From the NCBI GenBank assembly GCA_905235375.1, contig CAJOLH010000004.1, positions 71,141 to 135,140 on the forward strand: 64,000 nt of DNA. Reading direction: 5' to 3'. Under the pieces are notes generated by a model that was given only the letters and a program-made list of their open reading frames with translations, made no database searches and was not told where the DNA came from. The DNA comes from an uncultured Bacteroidales bacterium (GTDB taxonomy: Bacteria; Bacteroidota; Bacteroidia; Bacteroidales; UBA3663). The translations under genes were made by a program, and so were the position numbers. Positions 36,486 through 44,509 of this stretch are shown in pieces. Every line of letters begins with the position of its first letter. The stretch's first letter is position 1.

Positions 36486-37187
36486 TCATTTCAGCAATCT
36501 CAAAACCTGTTTCTCGGTTGCCATTGGTAACATCTTCAAAAGTTGTTCGACAAGCCGTTGTCGCGACTCCTCAGGCGAACGCTGGCCAATGACCGAGCGT
36601 ACAAAGTCTTCGCCATACATCACCTCAGGCGTGGAGTATCGTGCCAATCCCCAGCCATAGCGATTGCCGTGCTGGTCAATGTTGTATTCAAAGTCTGAGA
36701 TACAGGCCCACAGTCCCATCTGGAGTTGTGCAATATAGCGTTCGAAAGTCGATTTGAGCTTCATGCCGAAGAGTCCTACCTCGCGCTTCAAGTCACGCGA
36801 AAGCACATCACGGTCGAGACATAGCACTTCGTAAATGAGACGTTCGGGAGCCTGCGAGTCTTCTGGTGGCAAAGGATAGGCAGCACGTCGCAAGTTGACA
36901 AGATCAGGCAGCCATTCCAAAGATACCCAACCCGCCTTGCGATTGAAGAACTTCCCGTAGGCGGTATGTCCCAACTGGATGATGGGTCCTTTCCATTCCC
37001 ACGGGCCGTCCTGCTCGTCGCTGAACCACAACTCCGCCGGTGTATGTTCGGCCACACTGAAGCCCGGGATGTCATTTTCGAAGAATGGCAGCATCCCGAC
37101 TTCCAGCACCGCCTGCTCAATCTCTGCAGGATGCCAGAACTTTATATGAGATTCTAACGGATTACTCATAACCATAATAGCAAACAT
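36486..37187 (-). CDS. AlkZ-related / YcaQ-like protein (tentative)
   Basis: GMLPFFENDIPGFSVAEHTP..WFSDEQDGPWEWKGP...YGKFFNRKAGWVSLEW resembles the short AlkZ-related family of Bacteroidota. The start was set to the ATG at 37187, 18 nt downstream of the TATCTTTG box. Confidence 0.55.
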   Translation of the reverse strand: MFAIMVMSNPLESHIKFWHPAEIEQAVLEVGMLPFFENDIPGFSVAEHTPAELWFSDEQDGPWEWKGPIIQLGHTAYGKFFNRKAGWVSLEWLPDLVNLRRAAYPLPPEDSQAPERLIYEVLCLDRDVLSRDLKREVGLFGMKLKSTFERYIAQLQMGLWACISDFEYNIDQHGNRYGWGLARYSTPEVMYGEDFVRSVIGQRSPEESRQRLVEQLLKMLPMATEKQVLRLLK

Positions 37188-37204
37188 GCTGTATTTTTCG
37201 GGCA

Positions 37205-37212
37205 CAAAGATA
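37205..37212 (-). promoter_or_regulatory. -7 box TATCTTTG (AlkZ-related gene)
   Basis: Exact match. It lies inside the track ORF's N-terminal extension, which argues for the downstream ATG. Confidence 0.6.
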
Positions 37213-37275
37213 AACAAATAATACATTTCTCCCAAATTATTCACCCAAATTCTTGCTTTCTTCATCAAAACACCT

Positions 37276-37283
37276 TATATTTG
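37276..37283 (+). promoter_or_regulatory. -7 box TATATTTG (Nudix gene)
   Basis: 38 nt upstream of the ATG at 37321. Confidence 0.6.
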
Positions 37284-37320
37284 CAGCGAGCATTAAGAAC
37301 AATTTGAAAACAAATATACT

Positions 37321-38133
37321 ATGAACGAGGCATTGGGCAAACTACTCGGTTCGTACATGACCGAAAACATCCCGTTGATGACCAGCATTGCCATCCGTCT
37401 CGGATTGGCACAACATCGTCTGGCCCGCTATTATGTCTCCGAACTCCGCGTCCATGAGGGCGGCATCATCCTCCTGTCGCGTCACGGAGAAAAAATGAAC
37501 AAGGCGTACCGTTGGAACGAGATACGCCGTGTGTGGTTCGAACGCTTCGAGACCGCCAAGGATGGCAAAGGTGAGTTCAGCTTCCGCATCGACATCATCG
37601 CCCCCAACCTCGATGTCATCTTCAGCATGAGCCAAAACGGATGCACCCCCGACACAAAAGACTATCAGCTCATGTCGCAGATCTACGAACGCTGGCACAA
37701 GGCAACATGGCGTCACTATGACGTTGTGGCAGCCATCATCCATGTGGTCAAACCCGGTGAACCCAATGTCCTGTCGAATGACACCCGTTTCCTCTGTATG
37801 CAAAAGGACCAGACGCGCCACCATTACACCAGCTTCCATTGGGAGTTCCCTGGCGGCAAGGTGGAGGATGGTGAGAGCGAAGAGGATGCACTGGTACGCG
37901 AACTGGAGGAAGAGATGGATTACGAGGTAACCATCGACCGCCATTTCATCACCGTCAATCACGACTATCCCGACTTCTCCCTCACTCTCTCGTGCTACCT
38001 CTGCACAGGCAAGGACGAGCAATTCACACGTCGCGAACATCGCGACCACCGCTGGCTCACCCCCGAAGAAATGAAGAGCCTCGAATGGTGCGAAGCCGAT
38101 GCCGAGGTGATTGAGAAGCTGAATCAGTTATAA
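37321..38133 (+). CDS. Nudix hydrolase (MutT-like) with a roughly 130-aa N-terminal extension of unknown function
   Basis: Nudix box GGKVEDGESEEDALVRELEEEMDY in the C-terminal half. I do not recognise any family in the N-terminal half. Confidence 0.8.
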   Translation: MNEALGKLLGSYMTENIPLMTSIAIRLGLAQHRLARYYVSELRVHEGGIILLSRHGEKMNKAYRWNEIRRVWFERFETAKDGKGEFSFRIDIIAPNLDVIFSMSQNGCTPDTKDYQLMSQIYERWHKATWRHYDVVAAIIHVVKPGEPNVLSNDTRFLCMQKDQTRHHYTSFHWEFPGGKVEDGESEEDALVRELEEEMDYEVTIDRHFITVNHDYPDFSLTLSCYLCTGKDEQFTRREHRDHRWLTPEEMKSLEWCEADAEVIEKLNQL

Positions 38134-38313
38134 AGGGATATTAAAGGGGAGTAAAAGAGTAGTAAAAGGGTAGTAAAAGGGACAATACCTCCGTCTAATC
38201 AAAACGGGTCCCAATAAACATTCGTCCCTTTTACTACCCTTTTACTCCCTTTTTACTACTCTTTTACTACCCTTCCCCTTTCACTACCCTTTTACTACTC
38301 TTTTACTCCCCTT
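38134..38313. repeat. oligomer-armed long hairpin (AGTAAAAGGG-type arms) with the same core family as 18508-18558
   Basis: The core at 38179-38228 reads GGGACAATACCTCCGTCTAATCAAAACGGGTCCCAATAAACATTCGTCCC. The left arm is (GTAGTAAAAGG)n and the right arm is (CCCTTTTACTAC)n, about 8 units. Confidence 0.9.
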
Positions 38314-39480
38314 TTACTCCCCTTCTATTCCCTTTTTATCCCTATATTTCTCCCACACCGGCGAAGCGAAGAAGGTGACGAAGAATTTGGTCAGTCCTGT
38401 TCCGACGCCCTTGCTTCCTTGAATCACTACTTCAGGCAAGTTCTTCATCGAATCCACCACGGCCTGACGCTTCACATTGCGTCGGGCCGTGCTGTCGTGC
38501 ATGGCAACGGCACCCTCCATAAGGAATGTGCGAGCTACATAACCGATACGCAGCGTCATCAGTGCATTCACCGCGCCGTCGATAGCAGGACCAGCGATGA
38601 TGCCTGGAATCTTGAAGTTACGCAGGATAGCTCCCAATGAGAATCCCGACTCTGCCTCCGGGTCGATGTCGCTTGCATCTACCACTACGTCTGACCCATC
38701 GACAGCCACATCGGCACCATCTACAGTGACCTCTGTGCCATCAGCGACCTCTCCCACATTCATATCAGCACCATCCACACCACCCGCAAAGAGCGAGAAC
38801 GGACGGATGTCGCCCACTCCATGCAAAGCCTCCGATACGCACCACGAAAGCACGGCCGTAACGAGGATGCGCCAATAGAGGCGAATCAGCTGCGAATACG
38901 TAGGACGGTAACCGGTAGCCAGTATCAGCTCCTTCACCATCGTATAGTCGAGCACAAGGCACGAGAGCGTATCGACCTTGCTGCTCGGCGAAACAGCTGT
39001 TACCATAAAGACCGTCTGTGCCCATTGCCTCACCAGCGGATCGATGCCGCGCACACCGAGTGCTGCATCGCCATGCAATCGCAGCTGCACCTCGCGGTCG
39101 ATAACCACACGCAGGTTCTGTTCGTCGTGCCATTGCTGCACGTCGCTGCGCAGCTGCAGCTGATGATCCACGCGCATCTTTTCGTCCGCAATATAGTTGC
39201 AGTTCTCGGCCAGGCGCGCGCCAAATTTCTTCAGCTCCACTACGTTGTTCAATCCCTCATGATGCAGGCTCGGCAATTCGGGAGTGCGATGCAGCTTGAC
39301 GATGGGCCTTATCACCAGCCAAACGAAGGCAGCAAGGATGAGTGCATAAAACGCATATTCCATCCACCATAGGTGCGTCACCCTTGCCAGCTTCTCGCCG
39401 ATGGTGATCACGTCACCGATGAACATCAGCACGATGATGCCCAAGAAGATTGCCAATGTGATGATGATGTTTCGTTTCAT
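38314..39480 (-). CDS. YcjF-like DUF697 membrane protein with an acidic VDGxDV repeat insert
   Basis: Two N-terminal TM helices. The central DTLSCLVLDYTMVKELILATGYRPTYSQLIRLYWRILV and C-terminal GPAIDGAVNALMTLRIGYVARTF match the YcjF/DUF697 pattern. The insert reads GGVDGADMNVGEVADGTEVTVDGADVAVDGSDVVVDASD. Confidence 0.65.
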   Translation of the reverse strand: MKRNIIITLAIFLGIIVLMFIGDVITIGEKLARVTHLWWMEYAFYALILAAFVWLVIRPIVKLHRTPELPSLHHEGLNNVVELKKFGARLAENCNYIADEKMRVDHQLQLRSDVQQWHDEQNLRVVIDREVQLRLHGDAALGVRGIDPLVRQWAQTVFMVTAVSPSSKVDTLSCLVLDYTMVKELILATGYRPTYSQLIRLYWRILVTAVLSWCVSEALHGVGDIRPFSLFAGGVDGADMNVGEVADGTEVTVDGADVAVDGSDVVVDASDIDPEAESGFSLGAILRNFKIPGIIAGPAIDGAVNALMTLRIGYVARTFLMEGAVAMHDSTARRNVKRQAVVDSMKNLPEVVIQGSKGVGTGLTKFFVTFFASPVWEKYRDKKGIEGE

Positions 39481-39664
39481 AATTTTTCATTTAAAGATTC
39501 TAAGGGATTCTAAGGGATTTTTAGGGACATTATCGTTGCCTAAAGAATTCTGTTCGAGCTGACAATTGTTAATTGTTAATTATTAATTGTTAATTGTTAA
39601 TTATTAATTGTTATTTAACTATCGTCCCTTAATATCCCCAAATATCTCTAATTATTCCTTAATA
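39481..39664. repeat. composite oligomer repeat (TAAGGGATTC arms, (TTAATTGTTAA)n centre, GGGAC...GTCCC ends)
   Basis: TCTAAGGGATTCTAAGGGATTTTTAGGGACATTATCG ... (AATTGTTAATTGTTAATTATT)x2 ... AACTATCGTCCCTTAATATCCCC. Confidence 0.85.
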
Positions 39665-41578
39665 TTACGTAAACCTGATTCCTTCCAACCTCGTCTTGAG
39701 CGTCTTGAGCGCAGTGATGCGGGCCTCCAGCTGGTCGAAGTCTGGGATGATGCCGGCGAGCAGTTCGGCACGTTTCTCTTCAAGCAGCTTCGAATAAGCC
39801 TCGCTGCGCCTTCGGATGAAGTGCTGCAGATACTGTTCCACCTCCTGCTGCACACCGGGAAGGATGGTTGTCTGCAGACAGCCACCGATATAGGTGCCGG
39901 AAGCAGCTGGCTGCGACATACCGATAAGGGCACACCTGGCATTATTCATCATGCGGTGCATACTCTCATAATTATATCGGTCGATGAGGAAAGTGTCGCT
40001 AATCTTCTGCTCCACGTCGTAAGCATCCTTGACGGCTCCCAAGTCAATGGGCTTCGGTTCCTCGTCATTGAAGTCTGTTAATGGCTTGAATTGCATACCG
40101 CCCACACGGTCCAGCGCATTTCGAATCTCCAGATAGCGGCTCTCGGTCATCGCATCGATCTTGGCCAAATAGTCCGACATCGACACGTGGCTATCGACGT
40201 ATTTTCGGATGGTCTGCTCAAACAGCTCCAACATCGATGTGACAATGCCACGGGCAGTTGCTCCATTATATTTGGTGCCCAAGGTCAGTTGCTGGCTCAT
40301 GGACACATTAGCGATTCCATCGAGGCTGCTCGCAAGGTCGTCGGCTGCAAAATGCAGGGGGAAGGCTGCTCGCGAATAGACGAGCTGCCGATCTTCACGG
40401 ATGGCATCGAGTTCTTGCTCGGCGTTATGGTATCTTTCACGAGCGACTTCTGACTTTGCCAGTTGCTCATCAATCAGCTTGCAGAGCGACTCCTTCTCGT
40501 AACGGATACGACCCAGGCAGTTATTCAGTCGGGTAGTATGCTGGCTGCGGATGACGTGCTGATAGAGTTCTTTTTCAATCTCGCTGAAGGAAGCTGTCGC
40601 CGCCTCCAGTTCGGAACGATAATCAGGAACGACCTCCTTGCCGTACGCCTCATCGCGGTTGTCGGCAACCTTGCCTAAATTGATTGAGAAACAGTTGGCA
40701 TCAGGCAGATTGAATCCGCGCTGACGGATGATCTCCTTCGCCTTCTCCATCTGCCCACGGATGGCGCGCTGCTGTTCTTCCTTTGTGCGCCAATAGGCAG
40801 ACTCGAAATAGTTGTGAATCAGGCAGACGGGAGCCGAACCATTGCCAGCACGGAGGATGTCGAAGAAGTCGCTCGAAATCTTCGAGATGGCAGAATTGGA
40901 ACTTTGGATGAAGATGACGAGGTCGGCACGATGCGTGATGATTGGATAAGCCTTGTCGTCGAGGTTGGCATTCAAGCCGTCGAAACCCGGCATATCCACA
41001 AGGAAGATGTCACGCCCCAGAAAATCGCCACCCGGGGCTGTGATAGATGTCAACACATTGTCGGTAGCAACGCGCACCACCTTCTGATCGATGGGCTGTT
41101 CGACGTATTCGGTGAGGTTTTCCTCATTGAGGGGATAATGCTGCACCTCAAGTCCCGATAGGTTGGCATAGCTCAGACCCTTGATGTAGTCGATGATGGA
41201 CTCCACGTGTTCGGCTTTCGAAACTTCGGGGTCGAGCTCGGTCAAACGGAATGTTGTGATGCGGCACTCCTCTCCCGTCTTGCATTGTGAAATGACCGAA
41301 GGACGAACCGTACACTCCAGAAAATGTGTAGGGCTGACGTGGGCATGAGCCAGTGCATTGACGAAGGTGGATTTTCCGGACTTCACGGGTCCCACCACAA
41401 TCACCACAAAAGCTTTGCTATTCACCTCCTCTGCACGATTCAGCAGCAGGTGCATCTGGGCATCGAGCTCCTGATTCCATTTCAGATCCGTATCTTGCGC
41501 TATCGTCTTGAGTCGATCGCTTACCCTTGCTGCCGTCTTTTCGAGCAGTTCCAGGTTTGTGCTTGAGGTATTTGCCAT
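39665..41578 (-). CDS. bacterial dynamin-like GTPase
   Basis: 637 aa from the ATG at 41578 (the track's 41635 start is a TTG). P-loop VVGPVKSGKSTFVNAL and G3 FLVDMPGFDG, followed by a long helical C-terminal region. Confidence 0.8.
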   Translation of the reverse strand: MANTSSTNLELLEKTAARVSDRLKTIAQDTDLKWNQELDAQMHLLLNRAEEVNSKAFVVIVVGPVKSGKSTFVNALAHAHVSPTHFLECTVRPSVISQCKTGEECRITTFRLTELDPEVSKAEHVESIIDYIKGLSYANLSGLEVQHYPLNEENLTEYVEQPIDQKVVRVATDNVLTSITAPGGDFLGRDIFLVDMPGFDGLNANLDDKAYPIITHRADLVIFIQSSNSAISKISSDFFDILRAGNGSAPVCLIHNYFESAYWRTKEEQQRAIRGQMEKAKEIIRQRGFNLPDANCFSINLGKVADNRDEAYGKEVVPDYRSELEAATASFSEIEKELYQHVIRSQHTTRLNNCLGRIRYEKESLCKLIDEQLAKSEVARERYHNAEQELDAIREDRQLVYSRAAFPLHFAADDLASSLDGIANVSMSQQLTLGTKYNGATARGIVTSMLELFEQTIRKYVDSHVSMSDYLAKIDAMTESRYLEIRNALDRVGGMQFKPLTDFNDEEPKPIDLGAVKDAYDVEQKISDTFLIDRYNYESMHRMMNNARCALIGMSQPAASGTYIGGCLQTTILPGVQQEVEQYLQHFIRRRSEAYSKLLEEKRAELLAGIIPDFDQLEARITALKTLKTRLEGIRFT

Positions 41579-41724
41579 TGTTCTGTAAGTAACGTAAATT
41601 TCGCAAGTGAGTTGAACATATATATTTCTGCGCAATAACAGTGCCAGGAGTCTTACATAACTCGCGAGGAATTATTGTCCGAAAAAGGGCACACAGATTC
41701 GCACTGATTCACACAGATCTTTGC

Positions 41725-42270
41725 TTGCGCACGTCAGAATGCTTTATCCTAAAGCAGAAAGCATTATGTCGCGCGTCAGAGTGCTTCATCACAAGCAGGA
41801 AGCATCATGTCGCGCATCAGAGTGCTTCATCCCGCAGCAGCAAGCATCATGTCGCGCGTCAGAGTGCTTCATCACGCAGCAGTAAGCATCTCGTCGCGCG
41901 TCAGAGTGCTTCATCACGCAGTAGCAAGCATTACGTCGCGCGTCAGAGTGCTTCATCACGCAGCAGAAAGCATCATGTCGCGCGTCAGAGTACTTCATTC
42001 CGCAGCAGCAAGCATTACGTCGCGCGTCAAAGTGCTTCATCACGCAGAAGAAAGCATCACGTCGCGCGTCAGAGTGCTTCATCACGCAGCAGTAAGCATC
42101 ACATCGCGCGTCAGAGTGCTTCATCACGCAGCTGTAAGCATCACATCGCGCGTCAGAGTGCTTCATCCCGCAGCAGCAAGCATCATGTTGCGCGTCAGAG
42201 TGCTTCATTCCGCAGAAGAAGCATCATGTCGAGCGTCAGAGTGCTTCATCCCGCAGAAGCAAGCGTAGAG
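41725..42270. repeat. tandem array B: about 13 units of 42 nt, consensus GTCGCGCGTCAGAGTGCTTCATCACGCAGCAGNAAGCATCAT
   Basis: Units start at 41768 and recur every 42 nt (41810, 41852 ... 42188, 42229), plus one degenerate leading unit. Only a few positions vary between units. Confidence 0.95.
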
Positions 42271-42449
42271 ACAAGCAATGACTTCCCAAAGCGGTGTGGC
42301 CGACTCAGGAAATATGGACACCCTTCTGTTATCAACTTGAAGACAAGTTCCGTCTTGTCGATGTACAAGTATCCATCCTTACGAAGCTTTTGAAACTCTG
42401 TATGCAACAGGGTACTTTCTCTTCTTTATTGTTGGGCCAAGGAACACTT

Positions 42450-43472
42450 TTATTCTTCAAACTTCACCAGTATGCGGAAGACCTTTCCGGGAGCTTCGGC
42501 CCAGGCTTCGAGCGCCTGCTGTGCCTCTTCGGGCTGGATGATGCCGCTAATGAAGGGCTCCATTTGCATCTGTGTGTGGTGCATATAATTCAGGACGGCG
42601 CGGAAATCGTCGGGTGTGGCGTTGCGCGAACCACGGATATCGAGCTCCTTCTGCACAAAGAACTTCGTCTGGAACGATACGTCGCTCTTGGCATAACCAA
42701 TGCAGACCACGCGACCTGTGAACGACACGGCATCGATGGCAGAAACGTAGGTAATCGGCGAACCGACAGCCTCAATCACCACGTCGGCACCCATGCCGTC
42801 GGTGTATTCCATCACCTTGGTGAGGATGTCCTCCTTTGTGGAGTTGATGCCATAGGCAGCACCTGCCTTCATCGCTAGATCGAGCTTCTCCTGACTCAAA
42901 TCCACAGCGATGACGGTGGCACCACGCTGCACACTGCGGATGATGGCACCCAGGCCGACCATGCCACAGCCAAGCACCAGCACTGTGTCGATGTCCGACA
43001 CCTGGCCACGGCTCACTGCATGGAATCCTACCGACATAGGCTCGATAAGTGCAGCATCACGCGGAGTGACTCCCTTCACAGGGATAATCTTCTGCCAAGG
43101 AAGGGCAATATATTCGCGCATCGCGCCATCGCGCTGCACACCGAGCGTCTCGTTGTTCTGGCAGGCATTGTAGCGACCGTTGCGACACGAAGCGCAATGT
43201 CCGCAGTTGGTATAGGGATTGACGGTGACCACCTGACCCACATGAAGATCGGCGGGACAACCCTCTCCAAGTGCCTCAATCACGGCACCAATCTCATGAC
43301 CGGGAATGACGTTGGGTTTGGCCATGGTATTGCGGCCCAGGAATGTATTGAGGTCACTGCCACAGAATCCGACATATTTGAGCTTGAGCAGCACTTCACC
43401 TGCTCCTGCCACTGGCTTTGGGAGGTCAACGACCTCAATCTTCTGTAATGAAGGTATGCGTAAAGTTTTCAT
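42450..43472 (-). CDS. zinc-dependent alcohol dehydrogenase family, L-galactonate 5-dehydrogenase-like
   Basis: GHEIGAVIEALGEG zinc signature, a structural-zinc Cys cluster (CGHCASCRNGRYNAC) and GCGMVGLG. Confidence 0.75.
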   Translation of the reverse strand: MKTLRIPSLQKIEVVDLPKPVAGAGEVLLKLKYVGFCGSDLNTFLGRNTMAKPNVIPGHEIGAVIEALGEGCPADLHVGQVVTVNPYTNCGHCASCRNGRYNACQNNETLGVQRDGAMREYIALPWQKIIPVKGVTPRDAALIEPMSVGFHAVSRGQVSDIDTVLVLGCGMVGLGAIIRSVQRGATVIAVDLSQEKLDLAMKAGAAYGINSTKEDILTKVMEYTDGMGADVVIEAVGSPITYVSAIDAVSFTGRVVCIGYAKSDVSFQTKFFVQKELDIRGSRNATPDDFRAVLNYMHHTQMQMEPFISGIIQPEEAQQALEAWAEAPGKVFRILVKFEE

Positions 43473-43489
43473 TTTATTAAAGGGAAAAA

Positions 43490-44440
43490 CTATTCTGACA
43501 TATTCTTAATGTACGGCAGCTCGGGTATCTTGTTGAAGCCGTAAAGTTTCTGCGCATTGAGGCCGAGGAACTTCTGCTTCTCCTCCTCAGTGAGCAAATG
43601 CTCGGGGTCTTTGAGCACAAAGTCGTACGACATCTTATAGGTGATGGCAGTGATGGTGCGCGGATAGTCCGAGCCCCACATCAACTTGTCGGCTCCCACC
43701 AGATCGATGGCCTCGCGGATGGCACGCACAGCGCCACGGAATGGATAGAACTCAGAATTGAAGAGCCACGTGATACCACCACTTTCCACATAGACGTTCT
43801 TATATCGAGCCAATTTAATCTGCTCCTGCCATCCCGCACGGGTTACCATACCGAAATGTCCGATGACGACCTTCAGTCGAGGACAAGCCTGTATGATCTC
43901 CTCCATTTGCTTCACGTGATATTCGCCATCGTAAAGACAAATCGAGAGATAGCCCTTGTTGTCCTGCAGATAATGAAAGACATCCATCATCTCGGGACTG
44001 TTAATCTCCAGTTCCCCGGGTGCAAACAGACGATGTCCAGGCAATGCAATGCCACGGAAACCGTTCTCGAAAAGCTGTTTGGTCTGCGTCAGTGGATCCA
44101 TAAGGCCCCGCGCACGCCGCTGCGCAGGCCGAAGCTCTGGCATTCCGTAGCAGAAGAAACGATTGGGATAGCGCTGCAGCACCTCAAGCAGGTAGTCGTT
44201 CTGCATACCGTCAATGATCTCCTGCACCACCACGGCACCGCCCACCCGCGCATAATCCATGTTGCTGAGGAAGATCTCGGCACTGTTCTGTCCGTCAATC
44301 ATGAACGGAGGAAGCATCTGCACCTCTTCGCCAAAGAATGTGCTGCGCGAGCCATTGGGCGAAAGGGTGCGTATGGGCTGGCCATCAACGATCGTGTTCT
44401 GGCGCATCCACAGGTGGCTATGTGCATCAATAATTACCAT
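43490..44440 (-). CDS. amidohydrolase-superfamily lactonase (L-galactono-/fucono-lactonase-like)
   Basis: 316 aa. MVIIDAHSHLW metal-binding HxH start, GHFGM and WGSDYP motifs of the COG3618-type amidohydrolases. Confidence 0.7.
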   Translation of the reverse strand: MVIIDAHSHLWMRQNTIVDGQPIRTLSPNGSRSTFFGEEVQMLPPFMIDGQNSAEIFLSNMDYARVGGAVVVQEIIDGMQNDYLLEVLQRYPNRFFCYGMPELRPAQRRARGLMDPLTQTKQLFENGFRGIALPGHRLFAPGELEINSPEMMDVFHYLQDNKGYLSICLYDGEYHVKQMEEIIQACPRLKVVIGHFGMVTRAGWQEQIKLARYKNVYVESGGITWLFNSEFYPFRGAVRAIREAIDLVGADKLMWGSDYPRTITAITYKMSYDFVLKDPEHLLTEEEKQKFLGLNAQKLYGFNKIPELPYIKNMSE

Positions 44441-44509
44441 GTCTTATTATTTAAGCCGTTATTCCGTAATTCCGGTATTCCGAAATACCGAAACAACGAA
44501 AAGAAATCA

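Noticed and set aside
38314-41578. Calling the dynamin-like locus a bona fide Eleos (LeoA/LeoBC) defence system
   Set aside because: Eleos consists of two dynamin-like GTPase genes. Here there is only one GTPase, and the partner is a DUF697 membrane protein. I report it as a distinct module with unknown role rather than as Eleos.
41579-41635. Longer N-termini given by the ORF track for several genes: dynamin 41635, wbqC 7376, dapB 9667, M64 12531, lgt 46398, rpmB 63284, AlkZ-related 37268, DUF4199 56962, aroC 54260
   Set aside because: These starts are TTG or upstream codons. They overlap a neighbouring gene or contain the gene's own TAnnTTTG -7 box, and they add non-conserved residues. Downstream ATG (or GTG for aroC) starts give canonical N-termini.
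41725-42270. Possible CRISPR array, or protein-coding repeat (track ORFs 41641..42393 +, 41807..42268 +, 41789..42208 -)
   Set aside because: The units are contiguous and near-identical with no unique spacers. The ORFs are open in three frames on both strands only because the 42-nt unit lacks stop codons. They have no promoter or start context and translate to pure 14-aa repeats.
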